Source: a virus (Duplodnaviria; Caudoviricetes). From it: DNA of 60,995 bases. This document shows, piece by piece, positions 19,996-30,408 of the stretch; positions within the stretch are counted from its first letter, which is position 1; the number at the start of each line of letters is the position of its first letter. The notes beneath the pieces were generated by a model. That model saw only the letters and a list, made by a program, of their open reading frames with translations, was not told the DNA's origin and made no database searches. The stretch is from IMG/VR virus record IMGVR_UViG_3300025891_000004, positions 1 through 60,995 of that record. One strand, given 5' to 3'. A program made the position numbers and the translations under genes.

Positions 19996-20583
19996 GTGAT
20001 GAATAGGGAGACATGGCTTACAGACGCAGTTGTCGAGGTCAGCGCTATCCTGCTGGATAAGACGGAAATCGAGGTGCCCGAGGTTCGGGTGTCTACCGGT
20101 TGGCCTAGCACTCGTGGCACAAGCATGAAGAAGCGTAGGGTAGGTGAGTGCTGGAAGCCAGAGGTTGCGGCAGATGGCGTGAGCCAAATCTTTATCAGCC
20201 CTGTTCTGATGGACCCGATTCAAATTCTCGGTGTGCTGATGCACGAGTTGATCCACGCATGGGACAAGTGTGAGCACGGCCATCGTGGGGTGTTCGTGAA
20301 GACGGCTAAGGCTGCGGGTATGGTAGGTCCGTGGACGGCTACTGGCATAGATGCTGAACTACTGCATCCGTTGCTAGAAGAGGTCGTCACGAGGCTTGGA
20401 GAGTACCCACACAGTGCTCTGAGCCCAACGCTTCAGCGCAAGCCTCAGACTACGAGGATGATTAAGATTGAGGCGGACGAGTGTGGGTGCATCGCACGAA
20501 CGACGCGCAAGTATCTGGACACAGACGACGGAGATTTCGCGTGCCCACACGGTAATCGAATGATCGAGGTTTTGCCCGCGTGA
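19996..20583 (+). CDS. SprT-like zinc metalloprotease-fold protein
   Basis: GECW...QIFISP...LMHELIHA...GH...F; HExxH motif; C-terminal Cys cluster. Confidence 0.75.
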   Translation: MMNRETWLTDAVVEVSAILLDKTEIEVPEVRVSTGWPSTRGTSMKKRRVGECWKPEVAADGVSQIFISPVLMDPIQILGVLMHELIHAWDKCEHGHRGVFVKTAKAAGMVGPWTATGIDAELLHPLLEEVVTRLGEYPHSALSPTLQRKPQTTRMIKIEADECGCIARTTRKYLDTDDGDFACPHGNRMIEVLPA

Positions 20584-21107
20584 AAACATGTCGCACTTGT
20601 GGGGAAGAAAAATCGCTTGACGCCTTTTATCCTTCGAGACAAAAGTCGGGCAAGGCGGTTCAGTGTAAGGCGTGTCAAATTGCACAAGCAATAGAGCGCA
20701 TGAAAAATCCAGAACGACGTGCTGCACGAAACCTATGGGCAAATGAGTACGCTAAGAAAAATCCAGACAAGATTTGGGAGAAATCACTCCGGCGTTACGG
20801 AATCACATTGTTAATCTACAATAGAATGCTGACGGCGCAAGGTGATGGTTGCGCTATCTGTGGTGTAACCATACCTGTTGGGCGAGGGGCACGTAATGGC
20901 CGATTTTCAATAGATCACGATCACAGTTGTTGTCCGGATAAGACTAGGAGTTGCGGTAAATGTGTTCGTGGACTACTATGTAGTCGGTGCAATACTATGT
21001 TTGCTCTCGCTTTAGATAATCCTGATGTGCTAATAAAAGGGGCAGCGTATCTACGAGATGCGTCGTCTTGTCCTGAAGGTGACGAAATGGAGGTTGAGGA
21101 AAAGTGA
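20580..21107 (+). CDS. Endonuclease VII-family (homing-type) endonuclease
   Basis: KTCRTCGEEKSLDAF; YGIT...QGDGCAICG...IDHDH...VRGLLCSRCN. Confidence 0.85.
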   Translation: MKTCRTCGEEKSLDAFYPSRQKSGKAVQCKACQIAQAIERMKNPERRAARNLWANEYAKKNPDKIWEKSLRRYGITLLIYNRMLTAQGDGCAICGVTIPVGRGARNGRFSIDHDHSCCPDKTRSCGKCVRGLLCSRCNTMFALALDNPDVLIKGAAYLRDASSCPEGDEMEVEEK

Positions 21108-21319
21108 CTGAGCCAAAGTATCCTGATATTTATGTCCCGCTCGCGGGGCGAGACGGTAACGCATTCTCCGTCATAGGTCGAGTGCTGCGTGCGTTGCATA
21201 AGGCCGGTGTGTCCAAAGAAGAGCAGGACACATACTGGGCAGAAGCCATGTCAGGAGACTACGATCACCTGCTACAGACGACACTTGCTTGGGTATCGGA
21301 GGGGAGTGATGACGAGTGA
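21104..21319 (+). CDS. Conserved small hypothetical protein
   Basis: GRDGNAFSVIGRV..AL...EAMSGDYDHLL pattern. Confidence 0.65.
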   Translation: MTEPKYPDIYVPLAGRDGNAFSVIGRVLRALHKAGVSKEEQDTYWAEAMSGDYDHLLQTTLAWVSEGSDDE

Positions 21320-21416
21320 GCGATAAGCAGATATGGCTCGTCGTTGATGACGTGATCCGTCTCAAGCAGACCGTGACCGATGAGGCGTTCGAGGCTATCT
21401 ACGAAGCGCTCGAACG

Positions 21417-21785
21417 ATGAGCGGCCTATCGAATTATCCAGACGGCGTTACGGGAAACGAGTGGCAGATCGCTGGTCCAAAGGAACTTACTGTGGTCCGC
21501 GAGTGCAAGGGTATAGAAGCACGAGTGTATCCCGCGTATCTTGTGGACGAGGTGCTTCGCCATTATCCTTACGATTCCAATTCTCTTACTGGTACATCGG
21601 TAGAGATGGATTACGATTGCACGTTCTCAGGGCAGGTCGATGCTGAAATCTACGACTACGAACTATTCTGGACCTGTCCCACGTGTGGTTTCGAGAACGT
21701 TGAGCAGTGGGGTGGACCAGAAGAGTTTGATGATCGAGATGATGATTACGACGACGCCTATTTCGCCTACAATGACGCCGACTGA
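21417..21785 (+). CDS. Hypothetical Zn-ribbon protein with acidic tail
   Basis: SNYPDGVTG...WTCPTCG. Confidence 0.55.
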   Translation: MSGLSNYPDGVTGNEWQIAGPKELTVVRECKGIEARVYPAYLVDEVLRHYPYDSNSLTGTSVEMDYDCTFSGQVDAEIYDYELFWTCPTCGFENVEQWGGPEEFDDRDDDYDDAYFAYNDAD

Positions 21786-22034
21786 GGAGGACTAATGAAC
21801 GTATTTACCAGTCTTGAGCGCTTTGCTAACGCCATTGGTCAGGACTTTGGAGGTAGCAATAGTAAGACGCAGGCGGACCTGTTCAATGGGTTTGCTGATA
21901 TGTACGAGAATTCTATGCACAACAAGAATGATCGAGAGATGCAGGCTGCTTATATTGCAGCAGACCTTACTCCGGCTGCAAAGCGAGTGCTGTTCGTACT
22001 GTCTAACATGGCTAACTTCAAGGAGGATTAGCAT

Positions 22035-22862
22035 ATGGTAAACCTCGAACTGAAGAACGAGGCAAACTACGGAGCCCGTGTGCTGCGTGTAAACGGTCTA
22101 GTCGAACTGCCAGGTTTGGACAACCTTCGGGGCGTCTCGGTTGATGGCTTCATGGCACTGGTGTCCAAGGACACGACGGTAGGGTCCCTGGTCGTTGCAT
22201 TCGTGGCCGAGAGCCAGTTGTCTGATGCGTTCCTGTCGGAACACAATCTTTTCAGACATTCTGAAAAAAATTCGGACCCGACTCAGGCCGGATACATCGA
22301 GGACAACCGTCGTGTGCGAGCCGTGAAGTTCCGGGGCCACATGTCCAGCGCACTCCTCATGGACGCGGCTCTTCTCGGTGTCACGGACGATCAAGAAGGC
22401 GCACTCTTTGATACTATCGACGGCGTTGAGATCAGCCGGAAGTATTACGTCAAGCGGTCGAGTCAGATCAATGCACAGGCACGACAGATTGCTAAGGCAT
22501 TCAAGCGGGTCGATGACAAGATGCTGCCCGAGCACATTGAAACCGAAAACTACTGGCGCAACAGTCACCTGATTCCACAGGACGCATTCGTGACCGTGAC
22601 CCAGAAGGTACATGGAACGTCTATCCGAATTGGTAACACGATTGTCCGCCGTCAACTGAAGTGGTGGGAGCGTGCGCTGAAGCGACTTGGTGTTCGTGTG
22701 CAGGAGACTGATTTCGATGTGGTCTTCGGTAGCCGCAAGGTCATCAAGGACGTCCACAACCCCAATCAGAACCACTACTACGCTCCCGACGTGAAGGACG
22801 CTAAGTATGTTATACTTCCTGTATGGATAATGTGGAAGTTGCGTGGGTCGCGGGCCTCTTAG
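22035..22862 (+). CDS. RNA ligase, N-terminal part (OB-like domain + nucleotidyltransferase motif I)
   Basis: RVRAVKFRGHMSSALL; TQKVHGTS (KxHG adenylation Lys); FGSRK; homology appears to end at NPNQNHYY. Confidence 0.8.
   Translation: MVNLELKNEANYGARVLRVNGLVELPGLDNLRGVSVDGFMALVSKDTTVGSLVVAFVAESQLSDAFLSEHNLFRHSEKNSDPTQAGYIEDNRRVRAVKFRGHMSSALLMDAALLGVTDDQEGALFDTIDGVEISRKYYVKRSSQINAQARQIAKAFKRVDDKMLPEHIETENYWRNSHLIPQDAFVTVTQKVHGTSIRIGNTIVRRQLKWWERALKRLGVRVQETDFDVVFGSRKVIKDVHNPNQNHYYAPDVKDAKYVILPVWIMWKLRGSRAS
22808..22822 (+). promoter_or_regulatory. Extended -10 leaderless promoter of the LAGLIDADG gene
   Basis: TG-T-TATACT followed by 6 nt and the ATG at 22823. Confidence 0.6.
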
Positions 22863-23335
22863 AAGGCGAAGGATGTTTCTCTCTCAAGCGTAGTGGAGCA
22901 TCATACATAAACTGTGCTATGACAGATGAAGATGTGATTCGTAAACTGTACGGTTTGATTGGATATGGCACCATCATAAAGTCTAGGCTGCTCCCAAACA
23001 GAAAACAGGTGTGGGTGTGGAGAATGGGAGCGCGTGAAGAGGTCGAAGAGATATGCCGTCTATTGCTTCCCCTCATGGGAACGCGACGTGCAGCACGTAT
23101 TCAAGACCTCTTGGATGATTTTGAAAAAAATCCACGTTGGAGAGTGCCGAAGGGCACACTAGTACATGGCACCCGGGGTGGATATGTCAAGGGTTGTCGT
23201 TGTGCCTTGTGTAAGTTGTCCGAACGTCGATATCGTGAAGACCTAAATAGGAGGAGATCAAATGGTGACGTTGGGCGTAAAGGCGTTTCTAAAACGTCTC
23301 TGGTGGAGAGAACTCTCACCGAGAATGACTTATGA
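22823..23335 (+). CDS. LAGLIDADG homing endonuclease with C-terminal HGT-CxCxxC module, interrupting the RNA ligase
   Basis: AWVAGLLEGEGCF, AMTDEDVIRKL, LLPLMGTRR; VHGTRGGYVKGCRCALC. Confidence 0.85.
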   Translation: MDNVEVAWVAGLLEGEGCFSLKRSGASYINCAMTDEDVIRKLYGLIGYGTIIKSRLLPNRKQVWVWRMGAREEVEEICRLLLPLMGTRRAARIQDLLDDFEKNPRWRVPKGTLVHGTRGGYVKGCRCALCKLSERRYREDLNRRRSNGDVGRKGVSKTSLVERTLTENDL

Positions 23336-23825
23336 TCTTTGGACCCGAGAAGGCGAGAAGTATGCCCATCTGATCCCGAAGAACGTGGTGCTCTACGGCG
23401 AGTTGATTGGCTGGGTGGGCGAGAACAGTCCGATTCAAGGCAACTACACCTACAACGTACCAAATGGAGACTGTCACCTGTACGTCTACCGGGTAGCCGT
23501 TGTCACGGCTGATGGTGGCCTGTATGATCTGTCGTGGGAGGGTGTCAAGCAGTTTTGCACAGAGCGCGGGTTGAACCATGTGGTAGAACTGTGGTCCGGT
23601 CAGCACAGTGAGTTCATTCCCGAAGAGTGGATTGACAGGAGGTTCTATCCCGAGTACCCTCAGTCTGTGGCACTCTCTGATACGAAGACCGTAGATGAAG
23701 GTGTAGTGATCCGATGGGATGGCCTGGTGCCCACGGTGCTGAAGGCGAAGTCTCCGATCTTCCTAGGTCACGAAACCGCACTTCTCGATAAGGAGGTTGT
23801 TGACATTGAGTCTGCACAGGAGTGA
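23262..23825 (+). CDS. RNA ligase, C-terminal part (motifs III, IIIa, IV, V)
   Basis: LYGELIG, LYVYRV, DEGVVIR, LKAKS; AGGAGG RBS before ATG 23262; alternative ATG at 23325. Confidence 0.8.
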   Translation: MVTLGVKAFLKRLWWRELSPRMTYDLWTREGEKYAHLIPKNVVLYGELIGWVGENSPIQGNYTYNVPNGDCHLYVYRVAVVTADGGLYDLSWEGVKQFCTERGLNHVVELWSGQHSEFIPEEWIDRRFYPEYPQSVALSDTKTVDEGVVIRWDGLVPTVLKAKSPIFLGHETALLDKEVVDIESAQE

Positions 23826-24381
23826 GATTTGGCTGGATCATCTAGAAGCATTGACCCATGCGGCTCGTGCTTTTGATGGTATATCTGCCGCTATGAATGA
23901 GGACATTCCCGGCAATTATAGTGATCTTGGATTTTATGTGGACAAGGTAAATATCAAGATCGACGACATTGATACGAACTGGTCTCTTCAGCAATGGGAC
24001 GACGCTACATGGTTGGTGATTGAGGAAGGGGAAGATGATGACATTGAATCCGTACAGGAAGACGTGGCGTGATAGCCTAGCCTACTGGCTTGTTGGTCGT
24101 GTACTAACTATTGCGACGCCTGCGTATCGCAACTTCATATCTCTGACAACCACTGTAGGTCTAGCAGAACTAGACCGACAGGTGACGGCAGGAGAATGGG
24201 ATGATTGAGGACAAGGAGTTCTGCGTGATGTTTCCTCAGTACAGTAAGACCAAAATACACCGTGGACCTTATATGCTTCGAGTTGAAGCGCAGCATTGGG
24301 TAGACGGGGTGGAAGCAGACGGATTCGAGACTGCCGCTTTTGAGGTGTGGGAGCGACCGTTCTTCCCGTGGGTGAAGTCCA

Positions 24382-25299
24382 GTGACTGATCTCGTTATCA
24401 CGCGGGGATACCCGGCATCGGGTAAGACGACATATGCCCGTAACTGGGTAGCCGAAGACCCCGAGCACCGGGTACGGGTCAACCGTGACGATCTACGCTG
24501 GAACCTGTATGGCATGTACTGGGGCCTGAACAACGGCCAGGAGTGGATGGTGACCAAGGCACAGCACGGGGCCGTCAGAAACCTTCTAACAGCCGGACAG
24601 AGCGTGATCGTGGACGACACCAACCTGCGGTTGAAGTCCGCTCGTGCGTGGGCCGACATGGCACAGTCGCTCGGAGTGGACTTCGAGGTTGTGGACATCG
24701 AGACGCCCACAGACGTTTGTGCTGAGCGCGACCGGTGGCGGATCATTAACGGAGATCGTGCCGTTGGGGACGGTGTAATCAAGGATTTCGCACGTCGCTT
24801 TCCCATCGGACGTTGGCCCGAGGTCACACCGAGTCAGCACGTAGACAGCGCAACACCTGAGTTCTACGTGCCAGACGCGAGTAAGCCGGTGGCATGGATC
24901 GTGGACATTGATGGAACGCTCGCCCATCTCCATGAGCGCTCGCCCTTCACCGAGAATAGCGGCGAATATCTGACCGATACGGTTGACGAGACGGTTGCTG
25001 ATCTCGTGTACTATCTCAACCGTGCAGATTACGTGGTCATTCTGCTCTCCGGTCGAGGAGATCAACATCGTGAGGTTACGAAGAAGTGGCTGAGGGACAA
25101 CTACATCCGATATGTCCACCTGTTCATGCGTCCCGAGGGGGACAACCGTAAGGACTACATCGTGAAGGCCGAACTGTTTGACAAGCACGTCCGTCACAAC
25201 TACAATGTGGTTGGGGTCCTAGACGACCGCGATCAGGTCGTGAAGATGTGGCGGTCGATTGGGCTGAAGTGCCTACAAGTGCAAGATGGCGACTTTTAG
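24382..25299 (+). CDS. Polynucleotide 5'-kinase / 3'-phosphatase (T4 PseT-like)
   Basis: P-loop GYPASGKTT, NRDDLR, VDDTNL; HAD domain DIDGTLA, SGR, DDRDQVVKMWR, QVQDGDF. Confidence 0.92.
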   Translation: MTDLVITRGYPASGKTTYARNWVAEDPEHRVRVNRDDLRWNLYGMYWGLNNGQEWMVTKAQHGAVRNLLTAGQSVIVDDTNLRLKSARAWADMAQSLGVDFEVVDIETPTDVCAERDRWRIINGDRAVGDGVIKDFARRFPIGRWPEVTPSQHVDSATPEFYVPDASKPVAWIVDIDGTLAHLHERSPFTENSGEYLTDTVDETVADLVYYLNRADYVVILLSGRGDQHREVTKKWLRDNYIRYVHLFMRPEGDNRKDYIVKAELFDKHVRHNYNVVGVLDDRDQVVKMWRSIGLKCLQVQDGDF

Positions 25300-25676
25300 C
25301 AGAGGGAGGAACTACGATGACAGCGACAGTTTGGGTGTGTAGTGATCACGACTTGCCCCTTGAGTATGGTCCCGACCCGTATGCGCAGGAACTTTGGGAC
25401 GACGAGACCGATGTTTGGATGTGCGCGGAGTGCCGTGACGAGTCTGCGCAGGACATCTAATGTATGGACTTCTGTTTCCTGACGGATCGGTTGACTTTCA
25501 GACGAGCGATCTAGGCGAACTGCGTAAGGACTTACGTTGGGCGCGGAGCGTGGCAACGTTCTATTCTGAGTATGTGGACCTTGAGCCCGTTGTGCAGGTA
25601 GGTACGAGTTATGCCGATGCGTCGTGGGAGACCTTTGAAGACGCCCGAATCGAGATACCGGATTGGTGGTGGGACG

Positions 25677-25952
25677 ATGAACAAGAACTTTTGCCCTAAT
25701 GGTTGTGATCTACGAGCAGAGCCTATCCCGCAGGAATACATCGACGCAGGACACTACGGAAATAGCACGCACTACAGTCGTTTGATGGGAATCGAGATTC
25801 CCGGAGTCTACGATGGTGTGCTCATTTGGAACTGCCCGGATTGTGGTCTGTGCTGGCCTGCTATCTCGGCACAATGGGGCTACCGATATGACAAGGCTAT
25901 TGAACTAATCGCTGAGTGGACGAAGGAGAGTGAGATGAGCCCTGTACTATAA
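25677..25952 (+). CDS. Hypothetical Zn-ribbon protein
   Basis: CPNGCDL...YDGVLIWNCPDCG. Confidence 0.6.
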   Translation: MNKNFCPNGCDLRAEPIPQEYIDAGHYGNSTHYSRLMGIEIPGVYDGVLIWNCPDCGLCWPAISAQWGYRYDKAIELIAEWTKESEMSPVL

Positions 25953-25962
25953 CCGCACGGAT

Positions 25963-26298
25963 ATGCGCCACCTAGAGCGTGCCATCCGTGCTGCCGAGTT
26001 GTCCACCTGCCGTACCCGTCACGCAACCGTCATTGCACACGGCCCTCGTGTGCTGGCTATTGCAGTGAATAGTCAGAGGAACCACCCTACGATTTGTTCC
26101 GACCCCAAAACTGAAGCCGCCTACCACTCGGAGATCAACGCACTGCGACAGATTCGTGGGGTTGACAGTTCAAAACTTACCGTCTACAATGCTCGTATAA
26201 GCCGCGCTGGGAACATCCGACTGAGCAAGCCTTGTCCCAGGTGTGCAGCCGTGCTCGAAGACCTAGGAATCCGAAACGTAATATGGACGGAGGAATAA
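25963..26298 (+). CDS. Zn-dependent cytidine/deoxycytidylate deaminase-family protein
   Basis: HSEINAL (HxE) and PCPRC motifs. Confidence 0.8.
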   Translation: MRHLERAIRAAELSTCRTRHATVIAHGPRVLAIAVNSQRNHPTICSDPKTEAAYHSEINALRQIRGVDSSKLTVYNARISRAGNIRLSKPCPRCAAVLEDLGIRNVIWTEE

Positions 26299-26588
26299 TG
26301 GACACTGTAAATGAGACCGCCGTGGTTGAGGACGAGCCGTGGACCGTCACACGTAACCGCGCTGGCCGCGCGGGTGCCACGTTCGGTGTCCTGACTGCTC
26401 TGATTGGTGCCGCACTCAGCATCCTGTGGGCACAGGTCGGCGGAATCCTATGAGCGCCGGTACGCTTTCGCAGCGCATCGAAGAGGCCATTAGCGAGGAA
26501 CTATCGTGTCAGAATTGGGGCACGGCTGGGACAGGTGAGACGGAAGCGCAGTACATCACACGAATCGTCCTGGCTGTGGTCGCGGCCG

Positions 26589-26876
26589 ATGAGTAAGCGC
26601 AACGGCGTACAGAGACGTGGTACAACCAATCGGGATGTTCGCGGGAGTTCAATTGCACGACGAAGACGCAAGCAATGGATAATGGATGAATTTGGAGATG
26701 GGGAAACGGTTCTCTGCGCGTTTGGGTGTGGAACGGTGCTGACGTTTGAAACGCTAACGGTAGATCGTCACCCGGTTCCAGGATGCAAGGGTGGAAAGTA
26801 TGTAATCGGAAACATTCGTCCCGCTTGCGCACCTTGCAACTCATCGTGTGGTGGAGCAATAAGGAAGAACAAATGA
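26589..26876 (+). CDS. HNH endonuclease (small, actinophage type)
   Basis: RRRRKQW...CAFGC...LTVDR..PGCKGGKY..GNIRPACAPCN. Confidence 0.8.
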   Translation: MSKRNGVQRRGTTNRDVRGSSIARRRRKQWIMDEFGDGETVLCAFGCGTVLTFETLTVDRHPVPGCKGGKYVIGNIRPACAPCNSSCGGAIRKNK

Positions 26877-27165
26877 TTCTGACGGCATACTACACACCAC
26901 ATTCTTTTGATCCGCGTAGACAGCACGCTTTGGTGGATGTCTTGACAGAAGATAGGACAGGGTATATCGTGAGAGGATACGACCACACAACATGGCACGC
27001 CAACTTTGACGAGTTGGAAGCCTTAGTAAAGGAGGATAAGGATGACTAATACTCAGACACACTTGAAGGATGGCATTGAGGTTATGTTCAACAACCTACT
27101 GATGGCCGCTGACGAATTCATTACGCTGCCGACTGCGGCACAACTGGCAAAGGAACTGGGTATTA

Positions 27166-27390
27166 ATGACTATTCTCCCCTTGACTTCGACCACTGAGCA
27201 TTGGACGCTGCGCGCTAAGTGCCGAAATAAATGGCATTTGTTCGACGCACAAGACGACAGCGACGGAAACCCACACTATCCTTTTCTAAGAGATGCACAG
27301 GATTTGTGCGATACCTGTCCCGTATTCGACATTTGTGAAGAGAAAAGGAAAGGGGAGGTGACGGGTATATGGGCAGGGCAGCCACTCTAA
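27166..27390 (+). CDS. WhiB-family transcription factor-like protein
   Basis: W..RAKC...F...AQDLCDTCPVFDIC...GIWAG: four Cys plus a G(I/V)WxG motif. Confidence 0.75.
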   Translation: MTILPLTSTTEHWTLRAKCRNKWHLFDAQDDSDGNPHYPFLRDAQDLCDTCPVFDICEEKRKGEVTGIWAGQPL

Positions 27391-27678
27391 CAACTTGTGG
27401 GCACGAGCAACACTACGCCCGTGGACTGTGTAAGGCTGACTACTGCCGCGCGCTACGAGACGGTTCGCTCTCTATCCGTCCACGAATGCCCTTCAAGGAA
27501 GACGATCTAAGTTACCCCTTGACATCACGACAGAAGGCTTTGCTGGAGGACATTGAGGCGGGTGCTGTGTACTCTCTTGCCGATGCACACCGGGTGGGTT
27601 ACACTATGCGGTCTCTTGAGTCGGTACTTGCACGGATGAAGAGGTATAGCATTGCACGACTATTGCGAGGGAGGATGA

Positions 27679-29127
27679 ATGAGGATCACGCTCAGTGGTG
27701 AGCAGCACGAAGCAGTTGAACGTATGGCGGCAGAGCCTACGAGGGCTGCGCTGAATGCTGCACTGACCGGAGTTGGGAAGACCGTTATGGCCGTAGAACT
27801 GGCTAAGCGTCTCTCTGCACAGACGATCCTCGTTATCGCCCCAATCAAGCGGCCTGTGGTGAACGCATGGAAAGCAACGTTTGAGAAGCAAGGGGTAACA
27901 CTACCATTTTATGTGATCGACTCGTCTCATCCTGAGCACTTCGAGATGCTGCGCACCAACGTACCGGGCGTGTACTACGTAGGCCGCGAGTATTTCGCTT
28001 TGTCAGCCACGAGTCTGAAGCCGAAGGAGAAGAAGGACGGAACGTGGACCAAGGGACGGGAGCGGAAATGGTCTTGGTCTAAAGTGCAACCTGATCTTGC
28101 AATCTACGATGAGGTGCAGTCTGTATCGAACCGGTGGTCCGAGGGCTACATCGTTCTGAAGACTCTTAAAGCCGGGTACAAGGTAGCAATGTCCGCTACG
28201 CCACAAGGCAACAGGTTCAAGGGTATTTGGTCCGTGTGCAGATGGCTGTGGCCGGAAGCGATCAATCCAAAAACAGGTGAACGGTACGTTGATAGGTCCC
28301 AATGGAATTGGGCTGCGGAGTGGGCCAAGCAGGAGTTCGATGTTTACGCTGGCCTGAAGATCACAGACGAACGAGTGCCGGGTGCATTCGTCAACAGCCT
28401 GCCGTGCTACGTGCGGATCGAAGATAACCGTGCGCCTGTGGAGACGCGAGTGGTCAAGATTGATCTGACCCCCAGGCAACGCGCACTATATGACAAGATG
28501 GAACGTGACATGCTGGTGTGGCTTGATGAGCACCCGCTGGTCGCTGACATCCCCATCGTGCAGCGTATGAGAATGCGCCAGATCACGTTGGGAGAACCGA
28601 CGCTGATTGATAACGGGAGACTTGATGATGATGGTCAGACCATTTATGACGTGGACTTCGATGACAACTGCGAGAGCGCCAAGATTGATGCTCTGCACAC
28701 GATCATCTCCAAGTACCACCCGGATGAGCCGATCTTGATTCTGATGGATTCGCAGAAGTTTGCTCGGGTGGTTGCTACTCGACTCGGCTCACAGGCATCA
28801 GAGTGGAGTGGGGCTGTCAGTCAGAAGGAACGGCAGCACATCTTCGAGGAGTTTGGTAAGTCAGTCAAGTACATCGTTGCTACGGTTCCGGCCGTGGCTG
28901 AAGGACTTGACGGACTTCAGCGGGTATGCCATACTGAGGTCTGGTTGAGTCAGTCGCTGAACGAGATGCTGAACCATCAGGCCCGAGGGCGCGTGGATCG
29001 GCAGGGACAGACGGAAGATGTGATCCGGTACTACGTCCATGCCAGGAAAACCGATGATGACCGGCACTTCCAAGATTTGCTGGGTCAGCATATTTCACAA
29101 CGTGAGACTTTGAAGAAGGAGGCATGA
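27679..29127 (+). CDS. SNF2/SF2 DNA helicase
   Basis: TGVGKT, YDEVQ, SATP, EGLDGLQ and QARGRVDRQGQ motifs. Confidence 0.9.
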   Translation: MRITLSGEQHEAVERMAAEPTRAALNAALTGVGKTVMAVELAKRLSAQTILVIAPIKRPVVNAWKATFEKQGVTLPFYVIDSSHPEHFEMLRTNVPGVYYVGREYFALSATSLKPKEKKDGTWTKGRERKWSWSKVQPDLAIYDEVQSVSNRWSEGYIVLKTLKAGYKVAMSATPQGNRFKGIWSVCRWLWPEAINPKTGERYVDRSQWNWAAEWAKQEFDVYAGLKITDERVPGAFVNSLPCYVRIEDNRAPVETRVVKIDLTPRQRALYDKMERDMLVWLDEHPLVADIPIVQRMRMRQITLGEPTLIDNGRLDDDGQTIYDVDFDDNCESAKIDALHTIISKYHPDEPILILMDSQKFARVVATRLGSQASEWSGAVSQKERQHIFEEFGKSVKYIVATVPAVAEGLDGLQRVCHTEVWLSQSLNEMLNHQARGRVDRQGQTEDVIRYYVHARKTDDDRHFQDLLGQHISQRETLKKEA

Positions 29128-29357
29128 TGGCTGAATACACACCGACCACCAGGGACGTGCGTGATGACTATGCGCGGTATGGAGGTGAACTCGATGCGTT
29201 CCCCGAGTTCGACCGCTGGCTGACCGAGCATGACCGGCAGGTGGCCGAGAAAGCATGGACAGAGGGTGCTCGGGCAACAACAAGAGACAACTTTGAAGTC
29301 GCTTGGACTGAAATGATTGTCATTCCGCGTAACCCATATAGGAAGGGCAACTGGTGA
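29124..29357 (+). CDS. Small 'AWxEG...NPY' family protein
   Basis: FDRWLTEHDRQVAEKAWTEG...NPYR. Confidence 0.6.
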   Translation: MMAEYTPTTRDVRDDYARYGGELDAFPEFDRWLTEHDRQVAEKAWTEGARATTRDNFEVAWTEMIVIPRNPYRKGNW

Positions 29358-29515
29358 GCGAAATTACCGTACACACGGGGTGGATATCCCGAGTATTGGC
29401 AGCAGATATCTGGGACGAAGGTTTCGAGGATGGTTCAGATTGGGTACAAGCCCTTGAGACCCGTGGCATCGCTGCTAAACCAAGCAATCCATATCGAGAG
29501 GAGCAAAATGCCTAA
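29354..29515 (+). CDS. Small 'WxEG...NPY' family protein (53 aa)
   Basis: MSEITVH...DIWDEGFEDG...SNPYREEQNA*; GTGA overlap; below the ORF-track cutoff. Confidence 0.55.
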   Translation: MSEITVHTGWISRVLAADIWDEGFEDGSDWVQALETRGIAAKPSNPYREEQNA

Positions 29516-29694
29516 GCGAGAAGCGATGTTTACACCTGCAGACCTACAGCGGGTGGAGATCAGAGAGAACGCACGATACGCATGGGAAAGTGACTTCAAT
29601 GTCGTCGTCCTAGCGCCTGAATTAATTGAGATTGATCGGGTTTCTGCGGAATACTGGCTAATCAACCACGGTGTAATTTATAGCGAGTTGAAGA

Positions 29695-30408
29695 TTGGTG
29701 TTTGATGCTCGCCAGATGATGCTTGATCTGTTGCGCGAACCTACGGACAGAGACAAGCAAGTAAGTATTGGCGCGAGCAATGCAAGCAATCCTTGCACGA
29801 GATGCTTAGCCGACGATCTGCTGGGCATTCCACTTTCGCAGTCCAATGCGTTTATGGGTGCGATCATCGGCACGGCTATCCACAACCTGCTTGAGAAGCG
29901 AGTCAGGAAGATGCACCCTGAGTGGATGCCCGAGCAACGTGTGAGCATCGGATACCTTGAGGGGTATGGGGAAGTCAAGTCAACAACCGATCTCTACATC
30001 CCATCTGAACAGTTGGCACACGACCACAAGAGCACGACCAAGGTCAAGTTGGTTCAGATCAAGGAAGCGTTGACGACTGAAGCGACGGAGTATGACACGT
30101 CTAAGGTCGCGGAGGCCCGCTTCAAGACCCAGTGGTATCTGGCGCAGTTGCACCTGTACGGGCGTGGTATCGAGAGGGCAGGGCATGTGGTACAGTGGCT
30201 GTCCCTGGGCTTCGTGTGCAGGGATGCGGTTGGCGCAGCGGACGTGTGGGCGCATGTGGTACCGTACGACCGGGAGCACGCCGACCGCGTGTGGAGTCGC
30301 TTAGAACGGCTGTGGAGTGCGCTACAGGCGGGACTTGACCCCACGGGGTTGACAAGCCACCCGAACTGCTGGTACTGTCAGAACGTGAGAGACAGGGAGG
30401 ACCGATGA
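29695..30408 (+). CDS. Cas4-like / PD-(D/E)xK exonuclease
   Basis: IGAS...PCTRCL, GTAIH, TDLY...DHKS, QLHLYG, C-terminal CWYC. Confidence 0.82.
   Translation: MVFDARQMMLDLLREPTDRDKQVSIGASNASNPCTRCLADDLLGIPLSQSNAFMGAIIGTAIHNLLEKRVRKMHPEWMPEQRVSIGYLEGYGEVKSTTDLYIPSEQLAHDHKSTTKVKLVQIKEALTTEATEYDTSKVAEARFKTQWYLAQLHLYGRGIERAGHVVQWLSLGFVCRDAVGAADVWAHVVPYDREHADRVWSRLERLWSALQAGLDPTGLTSHPNCWYCQNVRDREDR

Noticed and set aside
22783-23330. Group I intron or intein in the RNA ligase
   Set aside because: The insert is almost wholly the endonuclease ORF, with no recognisable P7/catalytic core. It is out of frame and lacks intein C/S...HN ends. Not fully excluded without RT-PCR.
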